From the NCBI RefSeq assembly GCF_000315625.1, contig NW_005434460.1:1-64000 (forward strand): a stretch of 64,000 bases of DNA, given 5' to 3'. This stretch comes from Guillardia theta CCMP2712 (lineage: Eukaryota; Protista; Cryptophyta). Positions 24,161-37,047 of this stretch are shown one piece after another. The notes beneath the pieces were generated by a model that searched no databases, had not been told where the DNA came from, and saw only the letters and a program-made list of their open reading frames with translations. The position numbers and the translations under genes are program-made. Numbering within the stretch: the stretch's first letter is position 1; the number at the start of each line of letters is the position of its first letter.

Positions 24161-26583
24161 TCAGAACATCCACACTACTTCGCCCAGCAGCAGGTCAGCT
24201 ACGTGCACCTGTGCCATGGGGTTCGAGCCCGGCGACCCAAGCTTGACCTCTCCCTCTACCTCCGCATCCTCCTCCTCCTCCTCCTCCTCCTGCCGGTTCA
24301 GCACAGCCAGGTCGCCTTGCTCAGCCTCTGCCGAGCTGCTGTTGACGGTACGTGCAGCAGTCTTGCTGTCCTCCACACGGCAGGCGAGAGACGCGTCCAG
24401 CTGCTGGTTCAGCTGGAGGAGCTTGTCAAACTCCACTTGGATCCTCTGCTCCATGACTTGGTGCATGTGAAGTGATCCCAGGAACTTCATCAGTCGCCGT
24501 CGCAGGGAGAAACTCTCGATGCTCGAGCTTCTTTCCTCCGGAGGGTTCCTTCCCCCCTGCCCTGCTGAAACTTCGAGCTGTCGGCACTGAGCAGCAGAGC
24601 TGTAAGAGCTGGTGGGGTCGGATGCCTCACGATCTACGTGCTCGTAGAGGCTTGCTATCACCAGCTGCTCCTCCAACTGTCAGCAAGTGACCTGCAAGGA
24701 GGAAACGCTCTCACCTCCATCTGCTTCCTCCTCCTCAGATCCTTCGTCCAGCCGTCAAGGTCAGCCCTCAGAGCTTGTAGCTCAGCCTGAAGCTCATGCA
24801 TGTGGTCACTATGGGGAGCAAGTTAGGAAGCAGAGAGTCAAGCAGGACGACGCACAGGAAGAGGGAGGAGAAGCGACAATGGTGGCACTCCAACGTCTGC
24901 GACCCAACACGTTACGAAGGCAACAGAAGAAAAGCACATTACATAGCAGGACCATCCGATGAAGACGCGGGACACCGAGACTTGAAGCCAACGCCTGACG
25001 ATCCTCGACGTCTTCGCCCTCGCCTCCCTCGCCTCCTCCCCTGCCTCGCCCCACCTCCTGAACGCCACCCCTGCCAGCCCCTTCTGCCACCGCAAGATCA
25101 CCTCCCTTGCCCGTGCCCGACAGCTCCTGCCCTCCGCTGCCTCCGCTGCCCACCGCCCGAAGGCTCTTCCTAGCCCATACGATCGCCATCGGCCGCACAG
25201 TCGCTGGAGGCTTGTCCGTACTCGCTTGCTCTCTGCTGTCCCTTCGGCCCAGCTTGCGAACGCTACGGCTGCCTTGACCTGCAGCATGCGTTGGACTACT
25301 CGCCTGCATCGATCCCTGGCTTCCCTCTGGCTGGTCGCGTTGCTTGCCCACCTTTCTAGCGCCGTTGCTAGCTGCATGTTCAGCATACGCCTGACGATCC
25401 TCGACGTCTTCGCCCTCGCCTCCCTCGCCTCCTCCCCTGCCTCGCCCCACCTCCTGAACGCCACCCCTGCCAGCCCCTTCTGCCACCGCAAGATCACCTC
25501 CCTTGCCCGTGCCCGACAGCTCCTGCCCTCCGCTGCCTCCGCTGCCCACCGCCCGAAGGCTCTTCCTAGCCCATACGATCGCCATCGGCCGCACAGTCGC
25601 TGGAGGCTTGTCCGTACTCGCTTGCTCTCTGCTGTCCCTTCGGCCCAGCTTGCGAACGCTACGGCTGCCTTGACCTGCAGCATGCGTTGGACTACTCGCC
25701 TGCATCGATCCCTGGCTTCCCTCTGGCTGGTCGCGTTGCTTTGCCATCCATCGAATGCTGATGAAATGGTTCTAATCTGAAGTTTCCTTACAACTCGTTT
25801 CGTCGTTTTCATTTGTTTTGAGACGCGTTTCCATTGGAGGAAGGTATACTGATGACAAGCGAATGAAGATTTTAACAAGAGTTGTAGAGCCTTGCTACTG
25901 AAGCTTTCCATCTGTTCAGCGTATGCTCTCCATGCAAGAAAAGCGTTCTGAGTCAGCTGATTTGAGATTCGTTGTGTTCTGTTGTCAAGTATTTTCAGCT
26001 TGAAAGTTTCAAACATCATGGAATAAGCCTCGCGTGCAATCTCGTCTTTTGCCTCACTCAATGAGATCAATTTGCATTCCATCGTCCACTTGGAAAAGGC
26101 AAGGGCCATCTGTTGTCGGGCATTGGACCGTACAAGAAGCAGCGAAGCAGTCTCGAGCATCTTACTGACTTGCTCGTTGGGAGCTGACGGAGTCTCTACA
26201 AGCAAGGATCTTGTCAACTGCACTGAAACATATTTCTGCGCAGGAGAGTTTGGCCGATACAACATGATCTGCACCAAAGTTCCTGGTGGTCCCAGCAAGA
26301 GCGAAGAAACATTCTCGGGGGGCAGGTTTTCAATGCTCCGCCCTTCTATCTGCAGCAAAACATCATGCAAGAGGATCTTTCCTGAGAGGTCTGCTGGGCC
26401 ATTTCGAGTCATCCCCGCTACTATGATGGACCCATCTGCATGCCTCCTCAGTAACAAGCCGGTACTTCCTTTCAAAGGTCGCAATGGGCTTCTGAAGGAT
26501 CTTTCCGCAGAGTTGTTCAGTTGGTGCAAGTCAAAACTGGGTGTGCTTGGATTATACAGCACGTCATCAGAGCTTTGCATGTT
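24161..26583 (-). CDS. PDZ-domain protein with Sfi1-like 33-aa Trp repeats; multi-exon at the 3' end
   Basis: PDZ: TGLLL..IIVAGMTRNGPADLSGKILLHDVLLQIEG..LLLGPPGTLVQIML. Followed by AFxxW motifs at ~33-aa spacing. Confidence 0.75.
24991..25741. repeat. Intragenic tandem duplication, period 396 bp, about 355 bp apparently identical
   Basis: 24991-25345 matches 25387-25741, and the translated segment appears twice in the ORF. Confidence 0.93.
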
Positions 26584-26685
26584 GGAAAAATTCAATTCGG
26601 CAGTTGGAAGAACGATTGACTTTACTCTTCGATAATTCCTGCCAATCGTTTAGGTTACTTCAGAGTGGCTGAAAGTACTAGAAGG

Positions 26686-26733
<48 letters not shown>

Positions 26734-26734
26734 C
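26686..26734. repeat. (GCCT)n microsatellite in a divergent intergenic region
   Basis: About 12 copies. Confidence 0.95.
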
Positions 26735-27159
26735 CAATACCCTTAGCTACGCATATCGTCTACCGCAAACGAATCCGTGAAGACTCCAAGAATCTCCTCA
26801 AAAGACCCCTCGTGCTGTCCTCTGCTAAGGCCTCCCTCCTCTCTTCCTCTCCTTCTCCCTCCTCTCCCACGCCGCCCGTCGCATTCCTCCCCCATTCGTA
26901 CGTCAATTTTGTACCTTCAAGCATGGGGGTAGGGGGTACGGAAGATTGCCGAGGGACCGATGTGAAGGGGTATTTCAGCAGTATAAGAGAGGGGTGATAC
27001 GACTACCGGTCCCTTGATCACGTCAAGGGGTCCGACAGTTGGGGGCTATCAAGTTAAGTGAATATATCAGTTAACTTGACAGCTCTTTCGACTAGCTTGT
27101 TGTCAGGGCGTTGCTTATTCACCGTCATTGCTCGCAAGCGAAGAGGCGCGCCTTTTGGA

Positions 27160-29070
27160 ATGGCGGCGGCGAGGTATGGCTCCATCGAGGAGGAGGAAGG
27201 AGCCGGGCCGCGTTCCTCCTCCTCCTCCTCTCCTCTTGTGTGGAGACGGCTTCCTCTAGCCACCGCTGCAGCTTCGCTTCTAGTTCTGGTTGGCTGTTTG
27301 ATGACACCGTTCCATTCCGTGAAGCAAACAGTCTTGGTTGACCCGGGTTATGCTAGCTGGTTGAAGACTCTTAGCGGCCCTGTCGACTATCAGACAGGGA
27401 AGGAGTATGATGACAAGTTTGAATCCCAGAGCATGTCGCATGTTGGTATCTCACACTTGCTCCCTGGAGCTCTCCCCTCGATGAAGAAGATTGGTGATAT
27501 GCAGGGAGCTGACTTTGCCGCGGATGTGACGGCAAGGATTGCCACTCCTGTCGACACGGAAGAGATCAATGAACTCCCCTTGAAGTTGCAGAAAATATCC
27601 AAACTTGTGCAGAACGAGAAGACATACGTGGACGATCTTCAGAAGATTGTCGACGCCCACAGTCTGCCCGATCCAGAATCGATCGTGGTTCACGTCGGCC
27701 AACGAGGTCCGAGAGGAGCAAGAGGTCCAAGAGGTCCGCGAGGCCCAACTGGAGATCAGGGAACCAAAGGCCCCACGGGCCCTCAGGGCCCTCAGGGTGA
27801 GCAGGGCCGACGAGGAATCCAGGGACCGCAGGGCGAACAAGGAGAAACCGGACCACCGGGTCCCAAGGGCAGGCAGGGCTTGCCAGGACTGAAGGGACCC
27901 CGAGGAACGGAGGGGATTGAGGGGCCTGAGGGCGAGGAGGGACAACCTGGACCCAACGGAGAGGTGAAGGGATAGATGGTTGTTGTAGCGTCGCTGATAT
28001 GCCTGGCAGACTGGACCTCCCGGTCCCCAAGGTCCCAACGGCATGAACGGCATGCAGGGCAATCCAGGCCTTACGGGTCCTCAGGGTTTGCCCGGTGACG
28101 GCAAGCGTATCGGTGATTGTCGCTGTGATGAGTTCCTTGTCTCTGCATTGACTTGTGTTGTTCGTTAGTGTGTATGAAGATCTTTGGCGATCGCTGCTTC
28201 TCGATGGTTCAGGGCTCCACTAATTATGGTACCGCCGCCAGTAATTGCAAGAACTGGGGAGGATCAGTCGCATCAGTGCGTGACCAGAGTGAATGGAATT
28301 GGATGCTAAGCATGTTCTCCACCCAATTCTGGATTGGAATGCAGCTTGTGTCGAGCCCATCAGGGGATATTTGTAAGCAATTGATTTGCCTCCTTGTTGA
28401 TAGTGCTTGTTGTTGTCTTTTCCATGGAGGTCTCTTTGTACTTCTTATGACGTCTGTGACCACCATTATTGTTTTTCGTGATGTTGTGTGAAAATTGTCG
28501 CTTCTTACCGATTGTCTCTTGTAGCCAACGACTGGAAGTTTGACGACGAGACATCGAACAAGTTCGCCAATACCCTCTGGGCACCTGGAGAGCCCAACGG
28601 ATGGAGGAAGTGAGAAACAGAGACACGAAACTGGGCAACTTCGACTGAATCTTGATGTGCAGTTGCGGATACAGGTGTGAGCCGTGCGCTATTTCTACTG
28701 GGAATCGCTTGAATGACATCACATGCAGCGCGTGAGATTCTTTTCTTGATGCTTCTCTTTCTTGATTGCTTGCACCTGTCTTCCCCTACCCTCGTCTTCT
28801 TCTTCCTGTTTCCATCCTATTCTGTTCCTGCCAACTTGCTTTCCTGTTTGTCTTGTGCAATTCTACTGCTTTTGTCTTACCTGTTGCCACTCATGTGCTA
28901 CAACTCCCTCTCCCTCTTTTCCACTTCATCTTCTTCTTGCCATCTTCCTGTCTCTGTGTACGATTGTCTCCCTGATGCCTTACCGCTAACAACCCTTTCA
29001 CAGATCTGCTGCATACGTTTGCGTGCGACAGCTCGACGCAGCAGCCATGGCGTCGATCAAAAAGGATTGA
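27160..29070 (+). CDS. Type II membrane collagen + C-type lectin domain protein (collectin/scavenger-receptor-like architecture)
   Basis: Short N-tail, TM, heptad-like segment and ~40 Gly-X-Y triplets over two exons. Spliced CTLD: [51 protein letters not shown]. Stop at 29068-29070. Confidence 0.88.
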
Positions 29071-29659
29071 GGGCGAGAACGAGCTTTTATCCCGCCTGCT
29101 TTCGATCTGTTAATATTCTTGTTGAAATAGACGTGTTTTTCCTGCATCCCTCCACTATCTTGTTCTGACTGACCAGTAACGATTCGCCGTTGGAACCTCA
29201 AGGAGCCAGTGACTGGAGTGACTTGTCATGCTTCATTCATCCCTGCATTACATCAGCGGCTGTAGTGGGATAGGATAGATTGCACTTTGAAACTGGACCC
29301 GCTAAAAATTTGAAATATGAAGATTAGTATTCGAATAATTAGCAACTTTTGACTTGACCGGTGAGACAACGCGACAGGTATGTAGTGCATGAGAGGTGGA
29401 GAAGAGGGGAGGGAGGGAGGAGGAGGGAGGTTTGAGGAGGGAGGAAGGGAGGAGGGAGGTTTGAGGAGGGAGGAGAGGGAGGAGAGGAAGGGAGGAGAAA
29501 GGAGGGAGAAAGGGAGGAGAGGAAAGAGGGAGAAAGGGAGGAAGGGAGGAAGGGAGGAGAAAGGAGGGAGGAGGGAGGAGGGAGGAGGGAGGAGGAAGGA
29601 GAAAGTAGGGAGGTGACAGGAGAAAGGATGGAGGAGGGAGGAGGGAGGAGGAGGGAGAC

Positions 29660-31200
29660 ATGAAATCTTCTGCTTCCACCCACTCGAATTCGTTGACAGC
29701 AGGTGCAGTTCTCCACGAGGCTCGCAAGGAGCATGAGAGCAGGTTCCCTTGGGTCCTGTTGACTTCCCTTCCCGTCGATTCCCCGAGGCCTCACGTCATG
29801 TCCCAAGCGGACGCTTCGGGACACCTCAAGTCAGGCAGCAAGCCTTCTCGAGGAAGGAACGAGTTGGAGCTGAAGGAGGACGGAGATTGCTCCTCCACTC
29901 CTGTTGGTGCTCCCTTGCTCGACGAGGAGCTCAAAGCTACCTCAGAGTGTTTGCGGCTTGTTCGTGCTCGTGTGCAGAAGGCTGAGGCCCTGGCAAGGTG
30001 AGAAGCTGCTGGTGGGCCTGCGGCTGACAGTCTTGCAAGCTTCTATGCCACTGCTCAAGCTGAAGCTCAGGCCTTTATCGTTGCTGCTCTATGGGAGACG
30101 GACCCCCGCAGGTGCAGTGCTGCTCCCCCCTGCCCTCCCTGCACTCGTTGCCAGGCTGATGTCACTCCCTTAGGGTGCGAGCCGCGCTCAAAGAGCTCGA
30201 GGCGATCGTGTCGCAGGCCCCCTCCACCTCCCCTTACGCGACTCCGAGACATTCCGACGGGAGGTGAGGCTGAGGGGAGGCGAACGGTGCGAGGTGAAGT
30301 GGATGACGGGAAGGGTCAGGGTGCCGGTCAGACCGCATGGAGAGGACGGGAGTGACGACGAGGATGTGGAGCTGTTGCGTGCTGTCGAGATGTTGAGCCA
30401 TGGGCGCGGGATCGTCCGAGACACAAGGTCAACCTTCCTCTCCTCCTCTTCCTCTCACTCTGTCGAAGCCTCTTCCTCACCGAGCAGCTCGCCAGCTTCG
30501 GTTCTCCCGCTCCTTCGCGTCCCGAAGTCGGGTGAATCTGATTCACTTGTCTCCTTCTCTCCCTCCTCACTCTTGTGGTTGCCACTTGCCAGGCACGCAG
30601 CAGAAACAGGTCCCCATGCTAGCGAGCATACCCGGCAGGACAGTCGGGCGAGCAACGGCAGACAGGAGACAGCCGAGGGTACATGGCTGAGGTTGCGAAA
30701 TTTGAAGTGAAGGGAAGGCAGGGAGCATGAGGAAGCCTCGGGTGATCCCCTACCGCATCCCCGCCTCCACTGTCGCTACTGACATCCTGTACCTTAACGA
30801 TTTTTCAAGTGAGATCAAAGTTCTGACACACGACAGGCCGCCCAAGCCCCCCGACCCCCTTGCATCTCCTGCAGGTCGATTCCATGCTGCTTCTCAACCA
30901 AACAAAGCTGGTGATTAACTATCACTCCTCCACTCCCTGACACCCCCCCTTCCCCACCCCCCAACCTTCCTCCTCCTCCTCCTCCTCCTCCTCCTCTTCC
31001 TGATCTTCCTCATTCTCCTCCTCCTTCTGATCTTCCTCTATTCCCTTCTCCTTCATCGCCTTCTCACCGCCCTCCGCTTCTTCCGCTCTTCTCGCATCTC
31101 CCTGCCTCATCGGACTCACGCGCTCCTTGTTGCAGTTAATGGCTCAAGTTCTCCCATGCGCAAGCAGGTCTCTCCTCTGGTCGCTCGCTACTCGTTGAGC
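29660..31200 (+). CDS. Possible multi-exon hypothetical protein
   Basis: Coding-like segments bounded by GT/AG sites, with no recognisable domain. Boundaries uncertain. Confidence 0.3.
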
Positions 31201-31554
31201 GTTATCGGCAGGTTGACGATCGAGCAACAACAACAGCCAAGGGGAAGAAAACAAACACCGTGACCATGATGTTTTGATAGTGAATGATGCTTGCCAAGAT
31301 ACAGAAGCGAGTAGGGCAGGGGCAAAATGCAGCAGGAGCGGCGGGTTTACACATTATTCTTTGATTTTCTTACAAGTCAATAGGAAAAATACACTGAGAT
31401 GATTCAACTTCTCAACTTTTTGTGGCCTTCTCCTTACTCCTCCTCCCTCTCCTACCTCACCTCTTCTCCCTCCTCCTCCTTCGCACAACCTCCTCCTCCT
31501 CCTCCTCCTCCTCATAACCTCCTCCTCTCATCACTTCATTCATGACGGAGCATC

Positions 31555-32596
31555 TCAGTGCGGCGGTGGTTGGCTGCTCGCCACGGCCTGTGAAGCACCC
31601 ATGCTTTCAAGGCGAATCGACTGAATCCCATACTGTCGCAAGCTCGCCGCCAGGTCTTGGGACGTGAGAACAAGCTGCAGGAGAGTTCAGGAGACAATGA
31701 GGTAAGAGGGGTGTCAGTGCAGTGAGGGAGGGGGGTAGTGCTGTGACGGAAGGGGAAGAGGTAGTGTCCAAGGGGATAAGGAGGTTAGCGGCGGGCGAGA
31801 ACAGGAAGACCAGGGGGATGGAGGGGAAAGGCAGGGGAGGAGGAAGCAGGGGTATGATCTGACCCGCTGATCTTTCTTTGTCTTGTCCTTCGACATTCTC
31901 ATCTTGCACTTGAGCAGCGTCAAAGGCCGTCAACCCCGTCCTCCTCCTCACAAACCTGCTGAAGAGCATCGTGCGCAACGTCTGCTATGAACTTCTGTGC
32001 TGCCACAGAGACCAACTTTGTCCTGATGTCACAAAAGCAGGTAAGTCGTAAAACCCTACTTAGTCTCCCCCTCCTTCCTCCCCCTCCCCAGCCCCCCCCG
32101 TTTCCTGTCCCTGTTCCTTTCCTCGCCCCTAGTTCTCTTCCCCCCCTCGTTCTCGTTTCTCTCTCCTCAAGATCTTCGAACTTTACTTTCCCCCATCTTG
32201 CCAGCATCCTCGTCTTGAAAATCTTCCTCCTTCCTCCTTATCTACTCCACATCAACTGCACATTTCTTCCAACCATCCAACTTGCCCCCCCCCATCCTAC
32301 TCACAGCCTCGGATCCTTGTTCGTGAACCCGACTTTCTTCAGGTAGAACTCAGTGACTGAGTCTGGGATCGTCGGGTGGAACTTGTCGAGGGTCAGGAGC
32401 AGCTGCTCGATCTCCTGGCGTTCTTGGGAGTCCTGCGAGAAGAGGGGAAGAGGAGGAGAGGAGGAGAGGAGGAGAGGAGGAGTGGAGGAGTGAAGTGAGC
32501 GATATCAGAGTTTGTAAGACAGGGGAAGAGAGGAGCAAACGATCTTAGAGCTTCACTTCAACTTACCTTCTGAGGTTCCGCTGGTTTATCTGACAT
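31555..32596 (-). CDS. TAF10: TFIID subunit 10 (histone fold); multi-exon
   Basis: Spliced: LLLTLDKFHPTIPDSVTEFYLKKVGFTNKDPRL-TKLVSVAAQKFIADVAHDALQ..LVLTSQDLAASLRQYGI. Confidence 0.9.
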
Positions 32597-33170
32597 TCCT
32601 GTAGCGCCAGCAATAGTGAATTTAGAAGATTTTCTCTTCTCTAATACTGCACTGATAGCAAGCATATTCTCTGTTCCATCCTCCCCTCCCAGAAGATGGC
32701 TGATCCGCGCAGCTTCTTTTTCAGTGGTTATCTGCATTTTTCGCTCCCTCCCATCATCTCTTCATCAACTCACTTCTCTACTTGTCGACACTGTATCCTT
32801 CCCTCTCGTTTCACCTTGTACTCCTATGGTTCATCAGCTGCTCCCTCCCTCTCCCCTCCCTCTCCCCTCCCTCCCCTCCCTCTCCCCTTCCTACCCTTCT
32901 CGACTCCCATTCCCTTCCGCTCCTCGTCTCAACTTGCTGCCCCCGATTTCACACTCTCCTGGACTAAATCCCGAATCGATCAAAGTTTCTGCCTTTCTCA
33001 TCGAGGCGGACTTGGCAACTTGACCCGGCCGCCCGGCCGCCGGGTCCCGGCCCAGCCGGGGTGAAAGGTTGCAGGTGCATCAGTGATGGTTGGAAGTTGT
33101 ATGCTACATGATTACATTGGCCTCCCCCGGTATCGCTAAACTAGCCCCGATAAGTCCGATCCGATAGAAT

Positions 33171-35835
33171 TCAGGTCGCCATCCTTTGCTGTTGTGCCAC
33201 TCCCATCCTCCTATTCATCTTCGACTCCGGTTGATGCACAGGGACGTGCTTGAAGGACTCGGGGGTGGGAAACGACGTTCCCTCCCTCAGGCTTCGCTCC
33301 ACAAGCGCTAGGTAGTGCTGTTGAGGCCCCACGATGCTTCCCGGACGGACGATGCGAAGCCATGAGATGCAGTCGCGTGCTGTCCAGCCATGCACCTCCA
33401 TGATCCACAGAGAGATCAGTGTCGCGCTCCTCCTGCCGCCGTTGGAGCAGTGGACAGCAACTGTCCCCTCCTCCTTGCACACATTCCAAAAGTCCTCCAC
33501 GACCTTGACTGAGGGGATGTACTCGTCCTCGAAGGGCAGGTGGACATGACGGATGCCCTCGTCCTCGAACTCGTTGGGATCGTACTTGAGCTTGTCCCCG
33601 AGCGCCACCACAACCGTCACGTCGAACCGCTTGAACAGGTTGCAGTAGTCCCGCACCACTAGCGTCTCGTGCGCCTCGTCCGGGGCCTTGAGGAGGAGAA
33701 ACTTGTCGCAGGGCTGGTGGAGGAAGAAATTCTGCGGGTTGCCCAGCCAGATGTACTTGTGCACGTCAAAGTTTGCGTAGTGGAACCACCTGAGCTTGGT
33801 TGCCTTCACAAGCCCTCGCAGGCAGTCTAGCAGAGAGATGAAGTAAGAGGCGGGAAGCGAGGAGGAGTCTCTGTACATGACAAAGAGCCGGTTGCCCATG
33901 GCGGCGAAGGTGCGGGAAGTTCGTTCGGGGCTCCAGTCCTCGAACATCATGAGGTAGCAGCTGAGCAGGAAGATGGCGTTGGTGCGGAAGGGGACCTCTT
34001 TCTCTGCGTAGAAGACCAGGTGACGGTCCAGCAGCCGTGGGTCTCCGAGCTTCGACTGCATGTACTCGCAGAAGTTGTAGATGGTCGCGAGGTCGACAGG
34101 TCCGACCTCTGTGCCCAGTTGCTGGTAGGACTCGTGCAGGGTGCTGGAGAAGTAGTAGTACTGGCGGTTCCTAATGATTTCCTGCCGTGTCTGACCCTCA
34201 TTGAGGTGGACGGTGAAGGAAAGCCGGTGGGGGATCAGCTCGTAGATCTTTCCGTACTCGAAGTCGGAGGAAGCACGGTTAAAGGTGGACGCTGAGGAGG
34301 AGGCAGCGGCCGACCCTTTTCTACTCTCGCCCTTGTCCTCGCGATTGGCGGTGAATTTGAGCCTGCTGATGTTGGACTTTCTCTTCTCCGCACTCTGCAT
34401 AAGCATCTTCATGACTCCATGGTTCCCCGTCAGGTTGTCTTGTATCGCATTGAGGAAGTCGACGGCACTGAGCATCCAGCAGTCGCACTTCTCCACCGCT
34501 ACGACATCGCAGAACCTCAACGTGTTCGCGTCTGACTCGTCAGGCAATTTTCCCTTTTCGTCCATCAGCTTGCGGCAGGTTGTGATGAAGCTCATCTCCC
34601 CGAAGAAGTCGCCACTCTCCAGCACCTGCGCAATCCGCCCTTGCAGCACCGCCTTCGCTTCCCCATTCTCGATGAAGTAGAGGCTGTCGCCAAAGGTTCC
34701 TTTCCTGATGATTACCTCGTCCTTCTCAAACACGTGCAGTGTCATCTTCGAGAAGCACGCGTACTTGCTTCTTTCTGACATGCTCTCAAAAAGCTCGCAG
34801 CTTGCCTTGCTCCTGACGTAACTTTGCATGATCCCAAAGTGAACCTGCGGGTTCTCTTTATGCTCAGCCTGCGAGTTGAGCATCGTCGCCTCGAGTACTT
34901 TTCCGGCTCTGATTTCACTGTTGGCCCTCCGAAGCATTCGCTTGCGGTTGACAGAGCCGTCACCGTCATGCTTGTAACTATCAGTTTCGTTGATGCCATT
35001 CCCGTCCTCCGAACACGGCGCCATCCTTGTTTCATGCTTCCCTTGCAGACTGCTGGGGTCGGATCGAATTTCAGTCGCAAACTTAAGGCTCCCAGGAACG
35101 CCGATGGCTCCCTCGGGCCCGTCAATCTTTCGCTTCTCTGCAGCTTCCCGCAAGTATCTGCCATTACGTGAGGGTAACAGACCTCTCCGAGGCTGGCGCA
35201 CCTGACCACGGCGTTGAGACCAGGAGGATCATCGCGCAGGATCGCAAGGAAGTCCTTCACCGTGAGCTCAAGGCACCTGCACGGCTCGACTGCTTGGATC
35301 GTGGCATACCGCTGCACTTTCATGGCGTGCTTCATCATCATTTCGCTGTCCATTCGCGATTGGCTCTCCTCGATGAAGATTTCGATACTCGCTATGAAGC
35401 AAAACTCGCCGAAGAAATCACCTGCGTTCAGCTTCGCTTTGACCTTACCATTCTTAAACACCGTCGCTTCTCCGACATCCAAGAAATACTGCGAAAGAAT
35501 CAGCCACTCGCGTCGACCCGTCGCAAGCAGACCATAGACGTGCCGATGGTTGCCTCCTCGATGATGACCTCTCCCTTCTGGAAGCTCTTCACCTTCATAC
35601 GGGAGATGCACTCGTCGCGACATCGGGCAGACATGGAGTCGAGGAGCTGGGAGGTAGCTTTGCTGCATACCTCCTCGCTTTGGAAGCAGAGGGAAGGAGA
35701 GATTTGCGGGCAAGAGATGAGCCTCGATCGGCTTCGAGCACTAGGCGACAGCGATCTCGGCCTGTTGTCATGGTGGTCATGAGAGGTGGGCGTAGTTCCT
35801 GAGCTTTGAGTCCTATAGTCTTGACCCCAGTGCAT
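33171..35835 (-). CDS. Cdc14-family dual-specificity phosphatase fused to two N-terminal cyclic-nucleotide-binding domains
   Basis: CNB motifs F..GEVII.E..IG.SMYFL..GEA..L..GDFFGE..R occur twice. Cdc14 motifs GPVDLATIYNFC, RTNAIFLLSCYLM, AVHCSNGGRRS (CX5R), WLRIVRPGSIVGPQQHYL. Start codon uncertain. Confidence 0.88.
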
Positions 35836-36449
35836 CTTGATAGAGAGCGAGGGGATCAAGCAGATCAATCCAGCAGCTTTCACTTGCCAACTTGTCCACT
35901 CGATCTGGTTCCCAGCGTAGACAGCGTCATCGCAAACCTGCGAAGGTGCGGAGATAAGCAAGATTAAAAGCTAGATTGCACGAAAGGCATTGAGTTAATC
36001 TGAATATCATTCCACCTATTCTAATCTATCCTTTGATACGGGGAGAAACGAGGAGGAAGGGAAAGATGTACGTGGAGGCATGAACGCCTTGGCGGGGACA
36101 GAAGTGTATCGTTCCAGACTACACCTTCAATCTATCTATCGCACCATTATTCCTTCTTCAGCCAAAATCTCTGTAAAATCTGAATCGTAAACCCCATGGT
36201 GCTCAACATGTCTTGCCTGGCTTGCCATATCTCCCATACCCACTCTCTCCGTCCCTCTCCTGTTGTCTTCTCTTTCCTGTTCTCACTTCCTTCCTCTTCA
36301 TCTCTTTCTTAATAATTTGTCTCTTGTTGTTCCTCTCCTGCATTTTTCATCGCTTCTCCTCCCCATCTTCGCTCACATCGCTCCTCCATCTTCTGCATGT
36401 TGAGAACGAACCAAACCAAAGGCGATATGAAATCAAGATCCTCGAAGGG

Positions 36450-36800
36450 TGGGGTAGTCGATATTGAACCAGGGGGTACTGAATTCCAACAGGGCAAGGG
36501 GGTAGGGTACTTTTGAAAGGAGTATATCCTTTTAATGGGGGTGGAATACAGTCAAAACTCCATAGTCCCTGGGGGTACAATCATTGAGGGGTACTCGATA
36601 TTAGTGGGTAGGGTCAGAGTTCAGAGTGTGTGTAAATGGGTGGGGTTATTCAACGCGTCCGAAGTTGGGTGGGGTCAATAAAACCAGGTTCATTTATACC
36701 ACCCCATCCACTTGATGTAAATTGAGTACCCCCTCTTTAATTATCTATAACAGGGGTACAATAGAAGGATATCCCTCCATGAGTAGGTAGGGTCATGAAA
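36450..36800. promoter_or_regulatory. GGGTAC/GTACCC-rich intergenic block between divergent genes
   Basis: At least six GGGTAC/GTACCC words. Similar blocks near 1.5-1.7, 3.7-3.95, 15.4-15.5, 26.9 and 55.3 kb. Confidence 0.45.
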
Positions 36801-37047
36801 CACACCGGTCCTCGACAGTGACCAATTTACTTAACATATCACTCAACTATATTGACTATTGTATTTCTTTACTATCTCATGGGGATCAAAACTTCGTCAA
36901 GAACCGAAAAGAACTCTTTTCAATATGTGCACTTTAGGGGATTTGGCACCCTCATCCCCCCACTGCTCCGCTCTTATTGAATCCTGCATTGATGCAGCAT
37001 TGATGCCAGTGCTGGCATTCATGTGAATCCCCTTGCCAGCCCGCTCA

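Noticed and set aside
9041-35835. RelA-like receptor and CNB-Cdc14 as one linked signalling cluster
   Set aside because: They are about 22 kb apart with unrelated genes between them, and gene neighbourhood is weak evidence in a eukaryote.
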